The notes: generated by a model not told the origin, from the sequence alone. Counted from the first letter of the whole stretch, positions 1 to 12,722 are shown. The stretch: 63,991 bases of DNA, filler included, from Octopus bimaculoides (GCF_001194135.2; 11 parts of 9 records of this genome joined end to end with filler, not necessarily neighbours in it), one strand, 5' to 3'. Made by a program: numbers and translations.

Positions 1-208
1 TTGATTTTCTTTATCGGTTTTCTTCCTTTATTTTATTTTATTTTATTTTATTTTCATTTTTTTATTCTGTTTCCATTTCTGACTGAAATGATTTTTTTTT
101 TCTTCTTCTTCAATCTTTCCCAATTCGTTTGCAATATTCCTTTCTCTATCTTGGTTTTTTTTTCTTAACCTCTTCTTTGTAATGAATTTCAGAACCACCA
201 CCACCATT

Positions 209-209
<1 letters not shown>

Positions 210-242
<33 letters not shown>

Positions 243-896
243 CCAGCAGCAGCAGCAGCAGCAGCACCAAAAACAATAACAATAACAACAACATATGTTA
301 ACAATGAATGCCTATTTTCCTCCTTAACTATTCCTCTCTATTTGTCTGTTTGTCTGTCTGTCTGTCTGCCTGTCTGTCTGTCTGTCGGTCGGTCTGTCTG
401 TCTGTCTCTCTGTGTCTATCTATCCATCTACACACACACGCACACACACACACACAGACATATATATATATATATACATATATATACATATACATATGTA
501 TGTATATNNNNNNNNNNCAACTATTGCCGTGGCTTTTGCTGTTATTATTTTCTTCTTCTTCTTCTTCTTCTTCTTCTTCTTCTTCTTCTTCTTCTTCTTC
601 TTCTTCTTCTTCTTCATGTTAGTTTTGCTGCACGAGAAAATTACAGTCATCGAGTACACGGTGGCAGAAAGGGGAAAAAACGTAACCATTCATTAAATAG
701 ACAGACTATACACAGCAGCATCATCATCATCATCATCATCACAAACCTCGTCAACGTGGTCACAATAATTTTCACCCTCCACCTCCTCCTCATCATCACT
801 ACCACGATCGTACTCATCATCACTATTGCCACCACCACAATCATCATCATCATCACCATATCATATTATATTCCCCCTCCTCCTCCTCCTCCTCCT
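210..896. repeat. Cluster of microsatellites: (CAT)n, (CAG)n, (CTGT)n, (CA)n, (TA)n, (TTC)n, (CCT)n
   Basis: Simple repeats read directly; they explain the poly-L/M/S/F ORFs here. Similar clusters recur throughout (e.g. 21680-22760, 25260-25910, 33060-33540, 37960-38400, 53340-55070). Confidence 0.95.
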
Positions 897-1689
897 NNNN
901 NNNNNNNNNNNNNNNNNNNNNNNNNNNNNNNNNNNNNNNNNNNNNNNNNNNNNNNNNNNNNNNNNNNNNNNNNNNNNNNNNNNNNNNNNNNNNNNNNNNN
1001 NNNNNNNNNNNNNNNNNNNNNNNNNNNNNNNNNNNNNNNNNNNNNNNNNNNNNNNNNNNNNNNNNNNNNNNNNNNNNNNNNNNNNNNNNNNNNNNNNNNN
1101 NNNNNNNNNNNNNNNNNNNNNNNNNNNNNNNNNNNNNNNNNNNNNNNNNNNNNNNNNNNNNNNNNNNNNNNNNNNNNNNNNNNNNNNNNNNNNNNNNNNN
1201 NNNNNNNNNNNNNNNNNNNNNNNNNNNNNNNNNNNNNNNNNNNNNNNNNNNNNNNNNNNNNNNNNNNNNNNNNNNNNNNNNNNNNNNNNNNNNNNNNNNN
1301 NNNNNNNNNNNNNNNNNNNNNNNNNNNNNNNNNNNNNNNNNNNNNNNNNNNNNNNNNNNNNNNNNNNNNNNNNNNNNNNNNNNNNNNNNNNNNNNNNNNN
1401 NNNNNNNNNNAATTACTTCGACGTCCGTTTCTTTGTCTTGCCAAAAAAAATTCTTAAAAACATGGAAATCTAAATGTCTTTAATCAGTGATTACTTTATT
1501 TCTGAAAGTAAACGAATACAATTTTGATAAAATAAATAAATAACATAATTTGTTTCTATATTTTGAAATTTTGTCCTAAAATTTTGTTTTATTATCATTA
1601 TTGCTGTTGTTGCTCTTCTTCTTCTTCTTCTTCTTCTTCTTGCTTGGCTATAAGTAAAGCCTTCTTCTCGAGTCATGTCAAATAATAGG

Positions 1690-1912
1690 GGCCGATTTCC
1701 CAGTTATCATGGCGTCTAAATTCCCCACCCGGATGGGACGCCGGTCCATCACAGGGTTACTCATTTTTGCCAGCTGAGTGGACTGGAGCAACGGGAAATG
1801 AAGTGTCTTGCTCAAGAACACAACGTGTCATCCGGTCCAGGAATCGAAACCACAATCTTACGATTATAAGTCCACATCCTAACCACTAAGCTACGTGCCT
1901 CCACCTGGGTAC
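1690..1912 (-). mobile_element. tRNA-derived SINE (family C)
   Basis: Minus strand begins GGAGGCACGTAGCTTAGTGGTTAGG (A-box-like), then GGTTTCGATTCC (B-box-like) and CTTGAGCAAGACACTT; related copies at 37655 and 49830. Confidence 0.8.
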
Positions 1913-1921
1913 CAGACGCTA

Positions 1922-1966
1922 GTCGTTGGCAAGTGTTTCTAGCTCAATAGCCGTCATCAGAACGAC
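1922..1966 (-). ncRNA. Minimal type I hammerhead ribozyme, degenerate at the cleavage triplet
   Basis: Minus RNA: GUCGUU-CUGAUGA-C-GGCU-auug-AGCU-A-GAAA-C-acuu-G-CC-AACGAC. Helix I is a perfect 6 bp; U16.1 reads C. Confidence 0.7.
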
Positions 1967-2589
1967 AATTGCCCGATCATATCTCCAGCAGCCAGATCTA
2001 AATGATTTGCACAAGACTTTAGTATTGGGTGGGGGTGGAAGAAAACTGTTAGGAAGAGGTACTGCTGGTGCATCAGAAGATTTTCTTGCTTACCAATCTA
2101 CCAAAGACCATGCTATTTCTTTTTCTGGTTTGCTTTCGATTTCATTTCTTTAAAGAACGAGCTGACATTATCAGCACCATACATTCCAATTCGCTTCGCT
2201 TTCATTCCTTCGAAGAAGGAGTTGATGTGCAGAGAGGGGTGGAGAATGAGGTATTTCTTGTATATTATTTTAGAGAAGTTGTACGCGTAGGGGACATTAT
2301 TTGAAGTATTATACAAGTATTATACAAGAAGAATGTGATATGTCGTGAGGGGAAGGGTGGGGAGCGTTTCGGTTACATATATAGATATACTTACATTCGC
2401 TCTATTATGACAAAGCTTAAAGAAAGCGTGTGAAATTTGGATTAATTTTGTTTTTATCTGTTGTTTGCTGTATTTCATTATTTGCACCTCCTCTTCATTA
2501 AAAAAAAATTTAACTACTGAGGATTTTAACGCGAATGCCAAGATATATCTGTGAATAAACGTACCTATGTAAAAAGATACCGTTTCATC

Positions 2590-2621
<32 letters not shown>

Positions 2622-2721
2622 NNNNNNNNNNNNNNNNNNNNNNNNNNNNNNNNNNNNNNNNNNNNTTAATTAATTAANNNNNNNNNNNNNNNNNNNNNNN
2701 NNNNNNNNNNNNNNNNNNNNN
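2622..2721. other. Assembly linker 44N+TTAATTAATTAA+44N (first of 10 copies)
   Basis: Same 100-bp construct also starts at 5471, 15940, 31199, 33581, 40426, 49016, 55072, 60591 and 62836; the 12-mer gives stops in all six frames. Confidence 0.95.
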
Positions 2722-2735
2722 ATATATATATATAT

Positions 2736-2826
2736 CATTTAAAATACTTCATTTAAAGTACATTTAAAATACATTCATTTAAAATACATTATTCATTTAA
2801 AATACATTTAAAATACATTTAAAATG
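2736..2826. repeat. AT-rich minisatellite, unit about CATTTAAAATA
   Basis: About seven degenerate copies read directly. Confidence 0.8.
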
Positions 2827-2944
2827 AATTTTAAAAGAATAATATATAGTTTATTGACTGATTTTTATTCTTGCTAGACCACTGGTGATAAACTAAATTT
2901 CTATAATTTTTTTGCTACCCTATAATTTATTAATATTAATTTAT

Positions 2945-2990
<46 letters not shown>

Positions 2991-3064
2991 TCATTAACTG
3001 ATCAGAATTAATTGACTAACATGGATTATATTAACTTTTTAGGCGTGATGAGTAAAAAGTGTAA

Positions 3065-3137
<73 letters not shown>

Positions 3138-3334
3138 TGTATGCATAAATGTGTTTATATATTAATGTATTCATGCATGTATATGTATATATACGTATAT
3201 GCATGGATATGTGTGTATATGTGGATGTATGCATATTTGTGAGTATATGTGTGTATGTGCATGTGGGTATATGTATGTGTGTATACGTATATGTGCATAC
3301 TTGCATATATACAAATTTTCATAACTTTATTTAT

Positions 3335-3590
3335 CTATCTATCTATATATCTAAAGATGAGAATGTGTGTGTGTCCCCGTCTGTTTGTCTGTCTGTGTGA
3401 ATCCCTAAAACTCGAGAACTACACAACCGATTTCATTCAAATTTTACACAAGCCTCTCTTAGAGTCCATGTAGTGTCATAGGCCCAAAAAATTTTCAACT
3501 TCTTACCTAATGCAAGCCCAGAGCGGTGTCAAAAGTGAAAAATAACATCTCTCTAGTGTAATATCAGATACTTTCACTTTAATACTTTCA
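3335..3590 (+). mobile_element. Non-autonomous Helitron/HINE-like fragment
   Basis: TCTATATATCTAAAG start, short (GT)/(CTGT) tract and AAAACTCGAGAACTACACAACCGATTTCATTCAAATTT resemble invertebrate non-autonomous Helitrons; no 3' CTAG end seen. Confidence 0.45.
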
Positions 3591-3594
3591 CTAT

Positions 3595-4022
3595 TGTCGT
3601 CTCCTTCATTGGACATGAAACTCAGCTTGCAAAGACCTGTTGGGGCAAGCGAAAGCGAAATCGTGATGGCACCTGTGTCCAGCGTCGCTTTCCTAGCACT
3701 TGTGCCAGTGGCACGTGTAAGACATTCGAACGAGATCGTTGCCAGTGCCACTGGACTGGCTCCTGTGCAAGTGGAACATAAAATACACCATTTTGAGTGT
3801 GGCCGTTGCCAGTATCGCCTGACTGGCCTTCATGCCGGTGGCACATAAAAGCACCCACTACACTCTCAGAGTGGTTGGCGTTAGGAAGGGCATCCAGCTG
3901 TAGAAACTCTGCCAAATCAGATTGTAGCCTGGTGTAGCCATCTGGTTCTACCAGTCCTCAGTCAAATTATCCAACCCATGCTAGCATGGAAAGCGGACGT
4001 TAGACGATGATGATGATGATGA
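3595..4022 (+). mobile_element. 3' part of a non-autonomous retroposon with RTE-type tail
   Basis: Three degenerate ~60-bp internal repeats (TGCCAGTGGCAC...TAA), then GGTTGGCGTTAGGAAGGGCATCCAGC and the tail GGACGTTAGAC(GAT)n. Confidence 0.7.
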
Positions 4023-5570
4023 CTATTANNNNNNNNNNNNNNNNNNNNNNNNNNNNNNNNNNNNNNNNNNNNNNNNNNNNNNNNNNNNNNNNNNNNNNNN
4101 NNNNNNNNNNNNNNNNNNNNNNNNNNNNNNNNNNNNNNNNNNNNNNNNNNNNNNNNNNNNNNNNNNNNNNNNNNNNNNNNNNNNNNNNNNNNNNNNNNNN
4201 NNNNNNNNNNNNNNNNNNNNNNNNNNNNNNNNNNNNNNNNNNNNNNNNNNNNNNNNNNNNNNNNNNNNNNNNNNNNNNNNNNNNNNNNNNNNNNNNNNNN
4301 NNNNNNNNNNNNNNNNNNNNNNNNNNNNNNNNNNNNNNNNNNNNNNNNNNNNNNNNNNNNNNNNNNNNNNNNNNNNNNNNNNNNNNNNNNNNNNNNNNNN
4401 NNNNNNNNNNNNNNNNNNNNNNNNNNNNNNNNNNNNNNNNNNNNNNNNNNNNNNNNNNNNNNNNNNNNNNNNNNNNNNNNNNNNNNNNNNNNNNNNNNNN
4501 NNNNNNNNNNNNNNNNNNNNNNNNNNNNNNATATATATATATATATATATATATACTATATATGTTTATATATTTCCCCTTAGCGTTCACGTCAGACAGT
4601 TGTTACTATTTATTTGAGTTGGGTCAAGCCCTTCCAATTGTTATAGATGCATAATGCATCTTACGGATGTGCCTGTCACCTGTATGGTGAGGAATCCTAC
4701 ATTGGGGAGTAGTAACAACTAGGGTAGGGTAGCAGACTGCTTATTGTGATCATTCGTCTTTTAGTTTCCTGTAGCTTTGCTCTTTTGCAAACTCAGTGAA
4801 CATACATATATTTCCGATTTCAAAGAAATTTGAACAATAGATACAAGACCCAAGTTAAAAAGATTTCCAACAATTCAACTTCTCTGGTTGACTTCAAGAC
4901 TCCCCACAACCCCAATAGGGGCCTTAACTTCCACATTTTAAAGCTCCATGAGCACCATTTTTCAGGAGCAAAGACCTTTAAATAGATTTCATAAGATTTT
5001 CATTTTGGAATCTGGGCATAAAGATGAGTAGTATGGGATGTGTCATGATTAGAATTTTCATTATGGTATGTAAAGAGGGAAAGAATTCTCATTAAAATTC
5101 TTCATCTGCAATTTTGATGAAATTCAAATAATAGGTATTCTAGTTCATTAGAGAAAATATAAAAGAAAAGTCTAATTCTTCAATTCCATGTGACACAGGC
5201 AACACCAGGTATCTCTGTTAGTATCTTATAAACAAACATTCCATTCTTTTCTTAACTATAAATTCTCCTTATTTATATTTAAATTTCCTCTATCATCTCT
5301 ATTTAATTTATTCATTTATTGTTCTAATTCTATTCACCAACTCTAAACTTATCTCCAACCAACCAGTAAACCTCTTGCCCGAACCTATAACAATATAAAT
5401 CATAAAGCATATCATTCAGTCTGCCATAAAGAGTCCATAAACACATATAAAACATTCAAAGGTATATATTNNNNNNNNNNNNNNNNNNNNNNNNNNNNNN
5501 NNNNNNNNNNNNNNTTAATTAATTAANNNNNNNNNNNNNNNNNNNNNNNNNNNNNNNNNNNNNNNNNNNN

Positions 5571-5762
5571 CAGGAAGTAAGAGTGAGAGAAAGTTGTGGT
5601 GGAAGAGTACAGCAGGGTTCGCCACCATCCCCTGCCGGAGCTACGTGGAGCTTTAGGTGTTTTTCGCTCAATAAACACTCACAACGCCCGGTCTGGGAAT
5701 CGAAACCGCGATCCTATGACCGCGAGTCCGCTGCCCAAACCGCTGGGCCATTGCGCGTCCAC
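5571..5762 (-). mobile_element. tRNA-derived SINE (family D)
   Basis: Minus strand TGGCCCAGCGG (A box) ... GGTTTCGATTCCC (B box); abuts (GATA)n and a gap. Confidence 0.7.
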
Positions 5763-5819
<57 letters not shown>

Positions 5820-5820
5820 T

Positions 5821-8800
5821 TGATAGTTGTCCAGTTGTTCCACTAGGACTGGATTTATGGTGAATTCTTGTCTGTATTTGTACGGACGGGGAAGGGAATC
5901 TCCTGGATGTTAAAAGATCGAGGAGGGAGAATGGAGTTGGGTCTACCTTGGAGATTCTTCTCCACGTGAATCCAGAGCAGTTAGAGAAAGTCCAAGACCT
6001 GATTTCCCTCTCGAATGGAGTAGAACTGAAGGTGATCGTGGAAGACAGAAGGCCGAGATTCCACGATTGTGGTTCAACGAATGTGGGTTTTTCTGCCCAC
6101 AGAACCAGAACAGAAGGGCAGAAAGAAATGTCCAAACGAAAGCACCACAGCCCATGAGTCGACAAAAACAAGAACAACAACAGAAAGCATGGGATTAGAA
6201 ACAGAAATTGAACTCAAGAAGACAAAACAGGTAGGTGTTACAGGAAAGGTAGCAGTGGGAGTAGCACCAGCAGCAGTGGCGGAAGCTACAGTATCAAGAG
6301 CAACAATAACAACAACTACAAGAGAATTAGAACAAACAACTCCAGAAGAAAACATTCAAGACACGGACTCCTCAACACATCCAAGTGCTGATGAGGGGAA
6401 GCCTAAAAGATGAAAACAAACCATGAAAGAGACACATAAAAAAGGGAGAAATCCAAGAAACAGCAAACACAGACATACTGATGACAACATAAACACTACA
6501 AGCACCACAATCACCAACGCCATCGCAAACACCCACAACAAAATCAAAATCACAACAAACTTTAGAAAGTAAATGTCTACTACAACAACCATCCGTGCAG
6601 CAGTAGAATTTCGTGCTAGTGAGAAGGACCAATGAAAAGCTGATGGCTCTTATAACACAAAACGAGAACATTGAAAGAGTGGGCGATCTGCAGTCCCAAC
6701 ACTTTTAGAGTACTGGAGAGCCTAATGGTGGTGTGAATGACATTAGAAACTTATACGAACATTAAGCGCAGCTACCCGTATGACATTGGATCTCCCAGTG
6801 TAACGGTGAACAGATAGCTTTTATAGGTGTTTCCAGAAGAATCCAACAAAACAGACAGAGTGGGAGAACTACTCGACCACAAACAGCACCAGGAGGGTAA
6901 GTGACACTCTCCTTTTCCTTTCCTTACTCCCTGACCAGCATGGCAGTTCTTAAAGTAGGTTGTAAAAATGTACGTGGCCTGGGGTCGCCGTGGGAGCAAA
7001 GATGCTTGCGCAACGACCTTAGGTGGCTAAGTCTGAATGTAATAGCCGTCACTGCGACCAGGATCGACACACGGGCCTTGGCACCCATTTTCGATGACTG
7101 AGATTTTCGCATCTCTTAGTCGACCGGGAATGGGAAGTGGGGTGGCAATGTTGTTCAGGAAAGACCTGAATCTCGAGATACGGTCGGTCTTCCTGGATCC
7201 GGAAGGTAAGTCGGTGGTCCTGGACACGAACGATAACGAAACAGTGCTATTAGACCGGTCGCAGTGTACGCACCGACCGGAGCGGGGTACCCGAAGTTCT
7301 TAAGACGCATGGAGGCCTTTCTAAGGTCGTCTCGTTCTTTACTGTTAGCGGACGATTGGAACGCCGTTTTGGACGCGCGTATGGATTGGGTAGGGCTAGC
7401 GGATAGGAAAGGTGGGTGCGCAAACCTCGCAAGCCTGCTCAGTCGTTTCCAGCTGGCAGACAGGTTCAGACTGGATTTCCCGAATACTCTAGTGTGAACA
7501 TGCGCAAACACTGTCGGGTCATCCAGATCTTAACTAGATAGAGTACTTTGTAGGCCATCAGATAGGAATAGCATAGGTTGTCCACAATCTAAATTCGTCA
7601 ACTACACAGTCCACAAATTTGTGATATGTACGGTTGACCTAGATAAGCTTCATAGGCAGGGACCTGGATACTGGAAGCTGAACGCGCCCTTCCTGGTGCG
7701 TCAAGCTTTCAGAGACTGGCTTAGTAAGTTAGTCTATCGAAAGTTGACGGGTGTAGTCGTCAACAACCAATGGTGATGAGGAGGGGGTCTAAAACGGGCG
7801 ATTAGAGAAGCTGTAGAATTTAGCAGAGAACTAGTGATAGGGAAACTAGTGGAGAGGGAAACCTAGTTAGGTAATTAGAAGAGGCACTCAGTAGAAGCAT
7901 AGCGACCGACGTGCTGGCAGCGTGAATATTTCTGAACTAATTCTTCAACATCAAGCATGAAGGCTGCATTGTCAGAGCTAGTGCGCGTGCTCTAAAGCAG
8001 GAGAGAGGGAAAGCCGTTCTATGGGTTCGGGTGGCCGAGGCGCAATGTGGTAATAAACCTACAAATCAATCTTTGAGGGGTCGGGACGGGCGCATGCTAC
8101 ACGAGTCAAAGAAAATTTGTGCGGAATTTCAGCGGTACTTTTCTGAACACTACTGGGCGCAGAGGCAGAGATGAACTTCACTTCCTATCTTGATGGTATT
8201 CCGCGGCTTTCGGCTAGGGATATGGAGTTCTGCGAAATGCTGATAAAAGCTGAAGATATACACAACAAGTTGACTAGTTGCACGAGGGAGAGGTCTCTGG
8301 GATTGGATGGTCTGCTCTTCGAGCATTATATACATATGCCAGGCTTGTTTGGTGAGGTTTTGGACGACGTCTACCGTAACTGGCATCAGAATGAGAGAAT
8401 ACTTGGATCTGTGAGCCGAGGTGTGGTGACGCTACTGAGAAAGGATCCGAATAAGGGGGACGTTGTTGATAACTTTAGGCCGGTAAATCTGATAAAAACA
8501 GATTACAAACTTTTGGCCAAGGTGTTAGCAAAGAGGTTGGCGCTTGTCGTCGACAGACTGGTGGGTGATGTGCAGACTTGCGATATCCCCAGCAGAACTT
8601 ATACACGACAAGCTCCATCTCACGTGATACATCATAGAGAGGGTTGGTAAAGAACCTGACATGAGTGGGTCCCTGATCCATTTGGATCAATCGACCATCT
8701 ATACTTGGAGGCTGTCATTAAGGCGGCTGTTTTCGGTCCCATTTTCAGAGGCTGGATCGCTGCAATGTCCAGTAATATATGTTCGGATGTCAAAATAAAT

Positions 8801-9323
8801 GGCCATCTCTCGGAATCGGTTAGTATCGCTCGTTAGGTCCGTCAAGGAGGTCCACTTTTACCCCTTCTTTACGTACTGGTACTCGAGCCATTACTGCGAA
8901 AGCTGGAGGTTTCGAGGGGTATCCCGCGTGAACTGGGATGCGGAGGGTTAGTGTAGGCGTATACGGACAACGTCACCATGATAGTGTCGGATATCTCGGA
9001 AATCGAGATGGTTGGCACTACCCTAAGGGAAGCAGTGACAGGGATAATGATCAACCAGGAGAAGTCAGTGGGCCTGCAGCTTGGCACAGGGAAAGGCAGG
9101 TCCATGCCAAAAGACAGCGTGGTGGGGCGCAGGACGGAAGGACCTGTTAAGTTGCTTGGGGTCTGGTTCGGTCTGGATCTCCAAGTGGGCAATAACTGGG
9201 GCGAGGTGACAAACATGATGGTTAGTCTCACCCAGAAATGGGGCGAGAAGAAGCTATCCCTGAAAGGTCGGATGGAGGTGGTGAATGCGTACATCGCATC
9301 CGTAATATACTACCACCTGACAG
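5821..9323 (+). mobile_element. Degenerate Tx1/L1-clade non-LTR retrotransposon (ORF1 remnant plus ORF2 APE-RT), cut by the gap at 9324
   Basis: ORF2 ATG at 6940: MAVLKVGCKNVRGL (APE start), YAPTG, LLADDWNAVLD. RT motifs SLGLDGL, NFRPVNLIKTDYKLLAKVLAKRL, VRQGGPL, AYTDNV (YADD equivalent, 8957). ORF1 remnant VEDRRPRFHDCGST resembles a decayed CCHC knuckle. Many frameshifts and stops. Confidence 0.9.
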
Positions 9324-11560
9324 NNNNNNNNNNNNNNNNNNNNNNNNNNNNNNNNNNNNNNNNNNNNNNNNNNNNNNNNNNNNNNNNNNNNNNNNNNNNN
9401 NNNNNNNNNNNNNNNNNNNNNNNNNNNNNNNNNNNNNNNNNNNNNNNNNNNNNNNNNNNNNNNNNNNNNNNNNNNNNNNNNNNNNNNNNNNNNNNNNNNN
9501 NNNNNNNNNNNNNNNNNNNNNNNNNNNNNNNNNNNNNNNNNNNNNNNNNNNNNNNNNNNNNNNNNNNNNNNNNNNNNNNNNNNNNNNNNNNNNNNNNNNN
9601 NNNNNNNNNNNNNNNNNNNNNNNNNNNNNNNNNNNNNNNNNNNNNNNNNNNNNNNNNNNNNNNNNNNNNNNNNNNNNNNNNNNNNNNNNNNNNNNNNNNN
9701 NNNNNNNNNNNNNNNNNNNNNNNNNNNNNNNNNNNNNNNNNNNNNNNNNNNNNNNNNNNNNNNNNNNNNNNNNNNNNNNNNNNNNNNNNNNNNNNNNNNN
9801 NNNNNNNNNNNNNNNNNNNNNNNNNNNNNNNNNNNNNNNNNNNNNNNNNNNNNNNNNNNNNNNNNNNNNNNNNNNNNNNNNNNNNNNNNNNNNNNNNNNN
9901 NNNNNNNNNNNNNNNNNNNNNNNNNNNNNNNNNNNNNNNNNNNNNNNNNNNNNNNNNNNNNNNNNNNNNNNNNNNNNNNNNNNNNNNNNNNNNNNNNNNN
10001 NNNNNNNNNNNNNNNNNNNNNNNNNNNNNNNNNNNNNNNNNNNNNNNNNNNNNNNNNNNNNNNNNNNNNNNNNNNNNNNNNNNNNNNNNNNNNNNNNNNN
10101 NNNNNNNNNNNNNNNNNNNNNNNNNNNNNNNNNNNNNNNNNNNNNNNNNNNNNNNNNNNNNNNNNNNNNNNNNNNNNNNNNNNNNNNNNNNNNNNNNNNN
10201 NNNTATATATATATATATGAATAAATAAATATATACATATGTCTGTGTGTGCATGTATCTGTATACTTATGTATGGGCGTGGTGGGTCTGTAAGTATACG
10301 TGTGTGTCTTGTGGATCTGTACGTATATGTATGTGTGTGTCTGTATGTGTGAGTGTTAGTATGCGTGTAAGGGTCTGTATGTATATGCAAGTGTATGTGT
10401 AGGTAGGTCTGTTGGTATATGTATGAGTATGCGGGCCTGTATGATGTATATAAGTAGGAGTGTATGTATAAGTATATACATCAGTATGTGTGGGAGAGTA
10501 TGTATATGTATATATGTATGTAAGTGGGGAAGCGTGTGTGTACGTATTCTCTGCATTTATCTGTTCGTGTTCTTGACATCGACAACAATTAAGCCAATCC
10601 TAAAACATACACGCACACATACATATTCACATATACACACATATACACATACATGCACATATACACACATCACACATATACACATACATATGCGCATGCA
10701 CATATACACACATTCACATATACACTTTCACGTATATACAGACTCACGCACATACACTGATGCGCATGCACGCGCACACACACACAAGCATACACAGAAC
10801 GTACATACACATGTATATTATACAAATGTGTTTCTGTTTATACAAGCATACTTATATATCTATTGCATACTTGTGGTTGCCTTTGTGTGTATGTATGTAT
10901 ATACGTGTGTGCGTGTATATGAGTGCGTATACATATACATACGAATTTAATTCAAACTATCTCTCAATACATAGTTAATTCTGGGGCACCCTCTGTGTGT
11001 GTGTGAGTGTGTAGTATATACACACACATATATATATATATATATANNNNNNNNNNNNNNNNNNNNNNNNNNNNNNNNNNNNNNNNNNNNNNNNNNNNNN
11101 NNNNNNNNNNNNNNNNNNNNNNNNNNNNNNNNNNNNNNNNNNNNNNNNNNNNNNNNNNNNNNNNNNNNNNNNNNNNNNNNNNNNNNNNNNNNNNNNNNNN
11201 NNNNNNNNNNNNNNNNNNNNNNNNNNNNNNNNNNNNNNNNNNNNNNNNNNNNNNNNNNNNNNNNNNNNNNNNNNNNNNNNNNNNNNNNNNNNNNNNNNNN
11301 NNNNNNNNNNNNNNNNNNNNNNNNNNNNNNNNNNNNNNNNNNNNNNNNNNNNNNNNNNNNNNNNNNNNNNNNNNNNTATATATATATATATATTATAAAA
11401 TATAATTGTCAACGAAATGTGGCAGTCCCATAGAGGACGATGCTACTGTTGTTTTTAACCCCAGGAGGACATCTCCTCCAGCTGGCTAACGACACATTGC
11501 TTGTGTCCGATTAGTATTTGCGAGGGGAAATCATCGTTCCTATCTCTAGCCTTACATGAT

Positions 11561-11607
11561 ACACACAGACCCGGGTTTCTGGGTAGTAACCCGTCGTCAG
11601 TGTGTGC
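11561..11607 (-). ncRNA. Minimal type I hammerhead ribozyme, apparently intact
   Basis: Minus RNA: GCACACA-CUGACGA-C-GGGU-uacu-ACCC-A-GAAA-CCCGGG-UC^-UGUGUGU. 7-bp helix I, 4-bp helix II, palindromic helix III ACCCGGGU, GUC triplet. Confidence 0.85.
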
Positions 11608-11759
11608 TAATCATGAGTTAGTGATGAAAACTCATTCCGCACGCAAAATACTGCTTTTTCCGGTGACAAACTGTCGCTGATCTCGAAAAAGGAGAAATAC
11701 GCAATATTAAATCGCTGACCGAGAAGTAAACAGTAGCAGTACGCAATCGTAAAATATAA

Positions 11760-11900
11760 TTGCCTTAGTCGAGCAAATCGATCCCAGAACTTATTTTTAA
11801 GCTTAATACTTACTCTATCGGTTTTTTTTGTCGAACCGCTAATTACGGGGACATAAACACATCAACACCGGTTCTTAAATGGTGATTAGGGAGACAAACA
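11760..11900 (-). mobile_element. SINE family A fragment
   Basis: TTAGTCGAGCAAATCGATCCCAG...GAACCGCTAATTACGGGGACATAAACAC matches copies at 19930, 23240, 31299. Confidence 0.7.
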
Positions 11901-12054
11901 CAAACCCAAAGGCTTACATACAGATACATGCATACATACATACATACATACATACATACACACACACATACATACAAATATACATACATACGCACATACG
12001 TACATTCATACACACATATATAATAATGATGATGATGATGATAATAATAATAAT

Positions 12055-12084
<30 letters not shown>

Positions 12085-12091
<7 letters not shown>

Positions 12092-12645
12092 GCTCGGATG
12101 CGGTACCAGGCAGTGGTTCTCATAGCTTCTGATTTTAATTGATTGGAAGTGTTATCATGTACATTGTTTTGTCTTGGTATAAAAGATGGGCTACAGCAAA
12201 TATTCTGCTCAATACCACAGATTTGCTTGTCAGTTGTTTGACCTTAACCAGTGGAGCATGTCCCTTGGTGGCTGACGATATGTGCATCTCTGATCATGAG
12301 CAGAAGTAGTGGAGGAGTATTATAGCCATGTGTTGAGAGGAATTCTTTGGAGTTTGAATAATTCACCTTTGGAAACATGGGTGTTTTGCTCAACATCCTT
12401 AAACAAACCTTATTCAGGGACCTTTTGAGCGTAATGGGCTACTCGATCTGAAGAAAATTCTAACTGGTACCCGCCTGCGAGGTCATGCGCTGTTTATCTT
12501 GATATGAGATCACCATGTCACACACATATTGTTGTGATGCATGTGCCTGGTGTACTCTTATCAGACGGGTAGTCATGATGGGTATAATGGGCTTCGTATA
12601 TTTTACCCCAGTGTCACTTTGATGGCATGCACTGCTCTCTCACGC
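12085..12645 (+). mobile_element. Retroposon 3' fragment ending in (AAT)n, inside an (AAT)n array
   Basis: About 560 bp of complex non-coding sequence with (AAT)n on both sides; superfamily not assignable from sequence. Confidence 0.55.

Positions 12646-12722
<77 letters not shown>

Noticed and set aside
342-1473. Long ORFs spanning N-runs (also about 9-10 kb, 23-24 kb, 50-51 kb, 57-58 kb)
   Set aside because: They are open only because N codons and microsatellites contain no stops.
4650-5460. Complex sequence upstream of the Tx1 element
   Set aside because: No ORF, termini or motif recognised; left unassigned.
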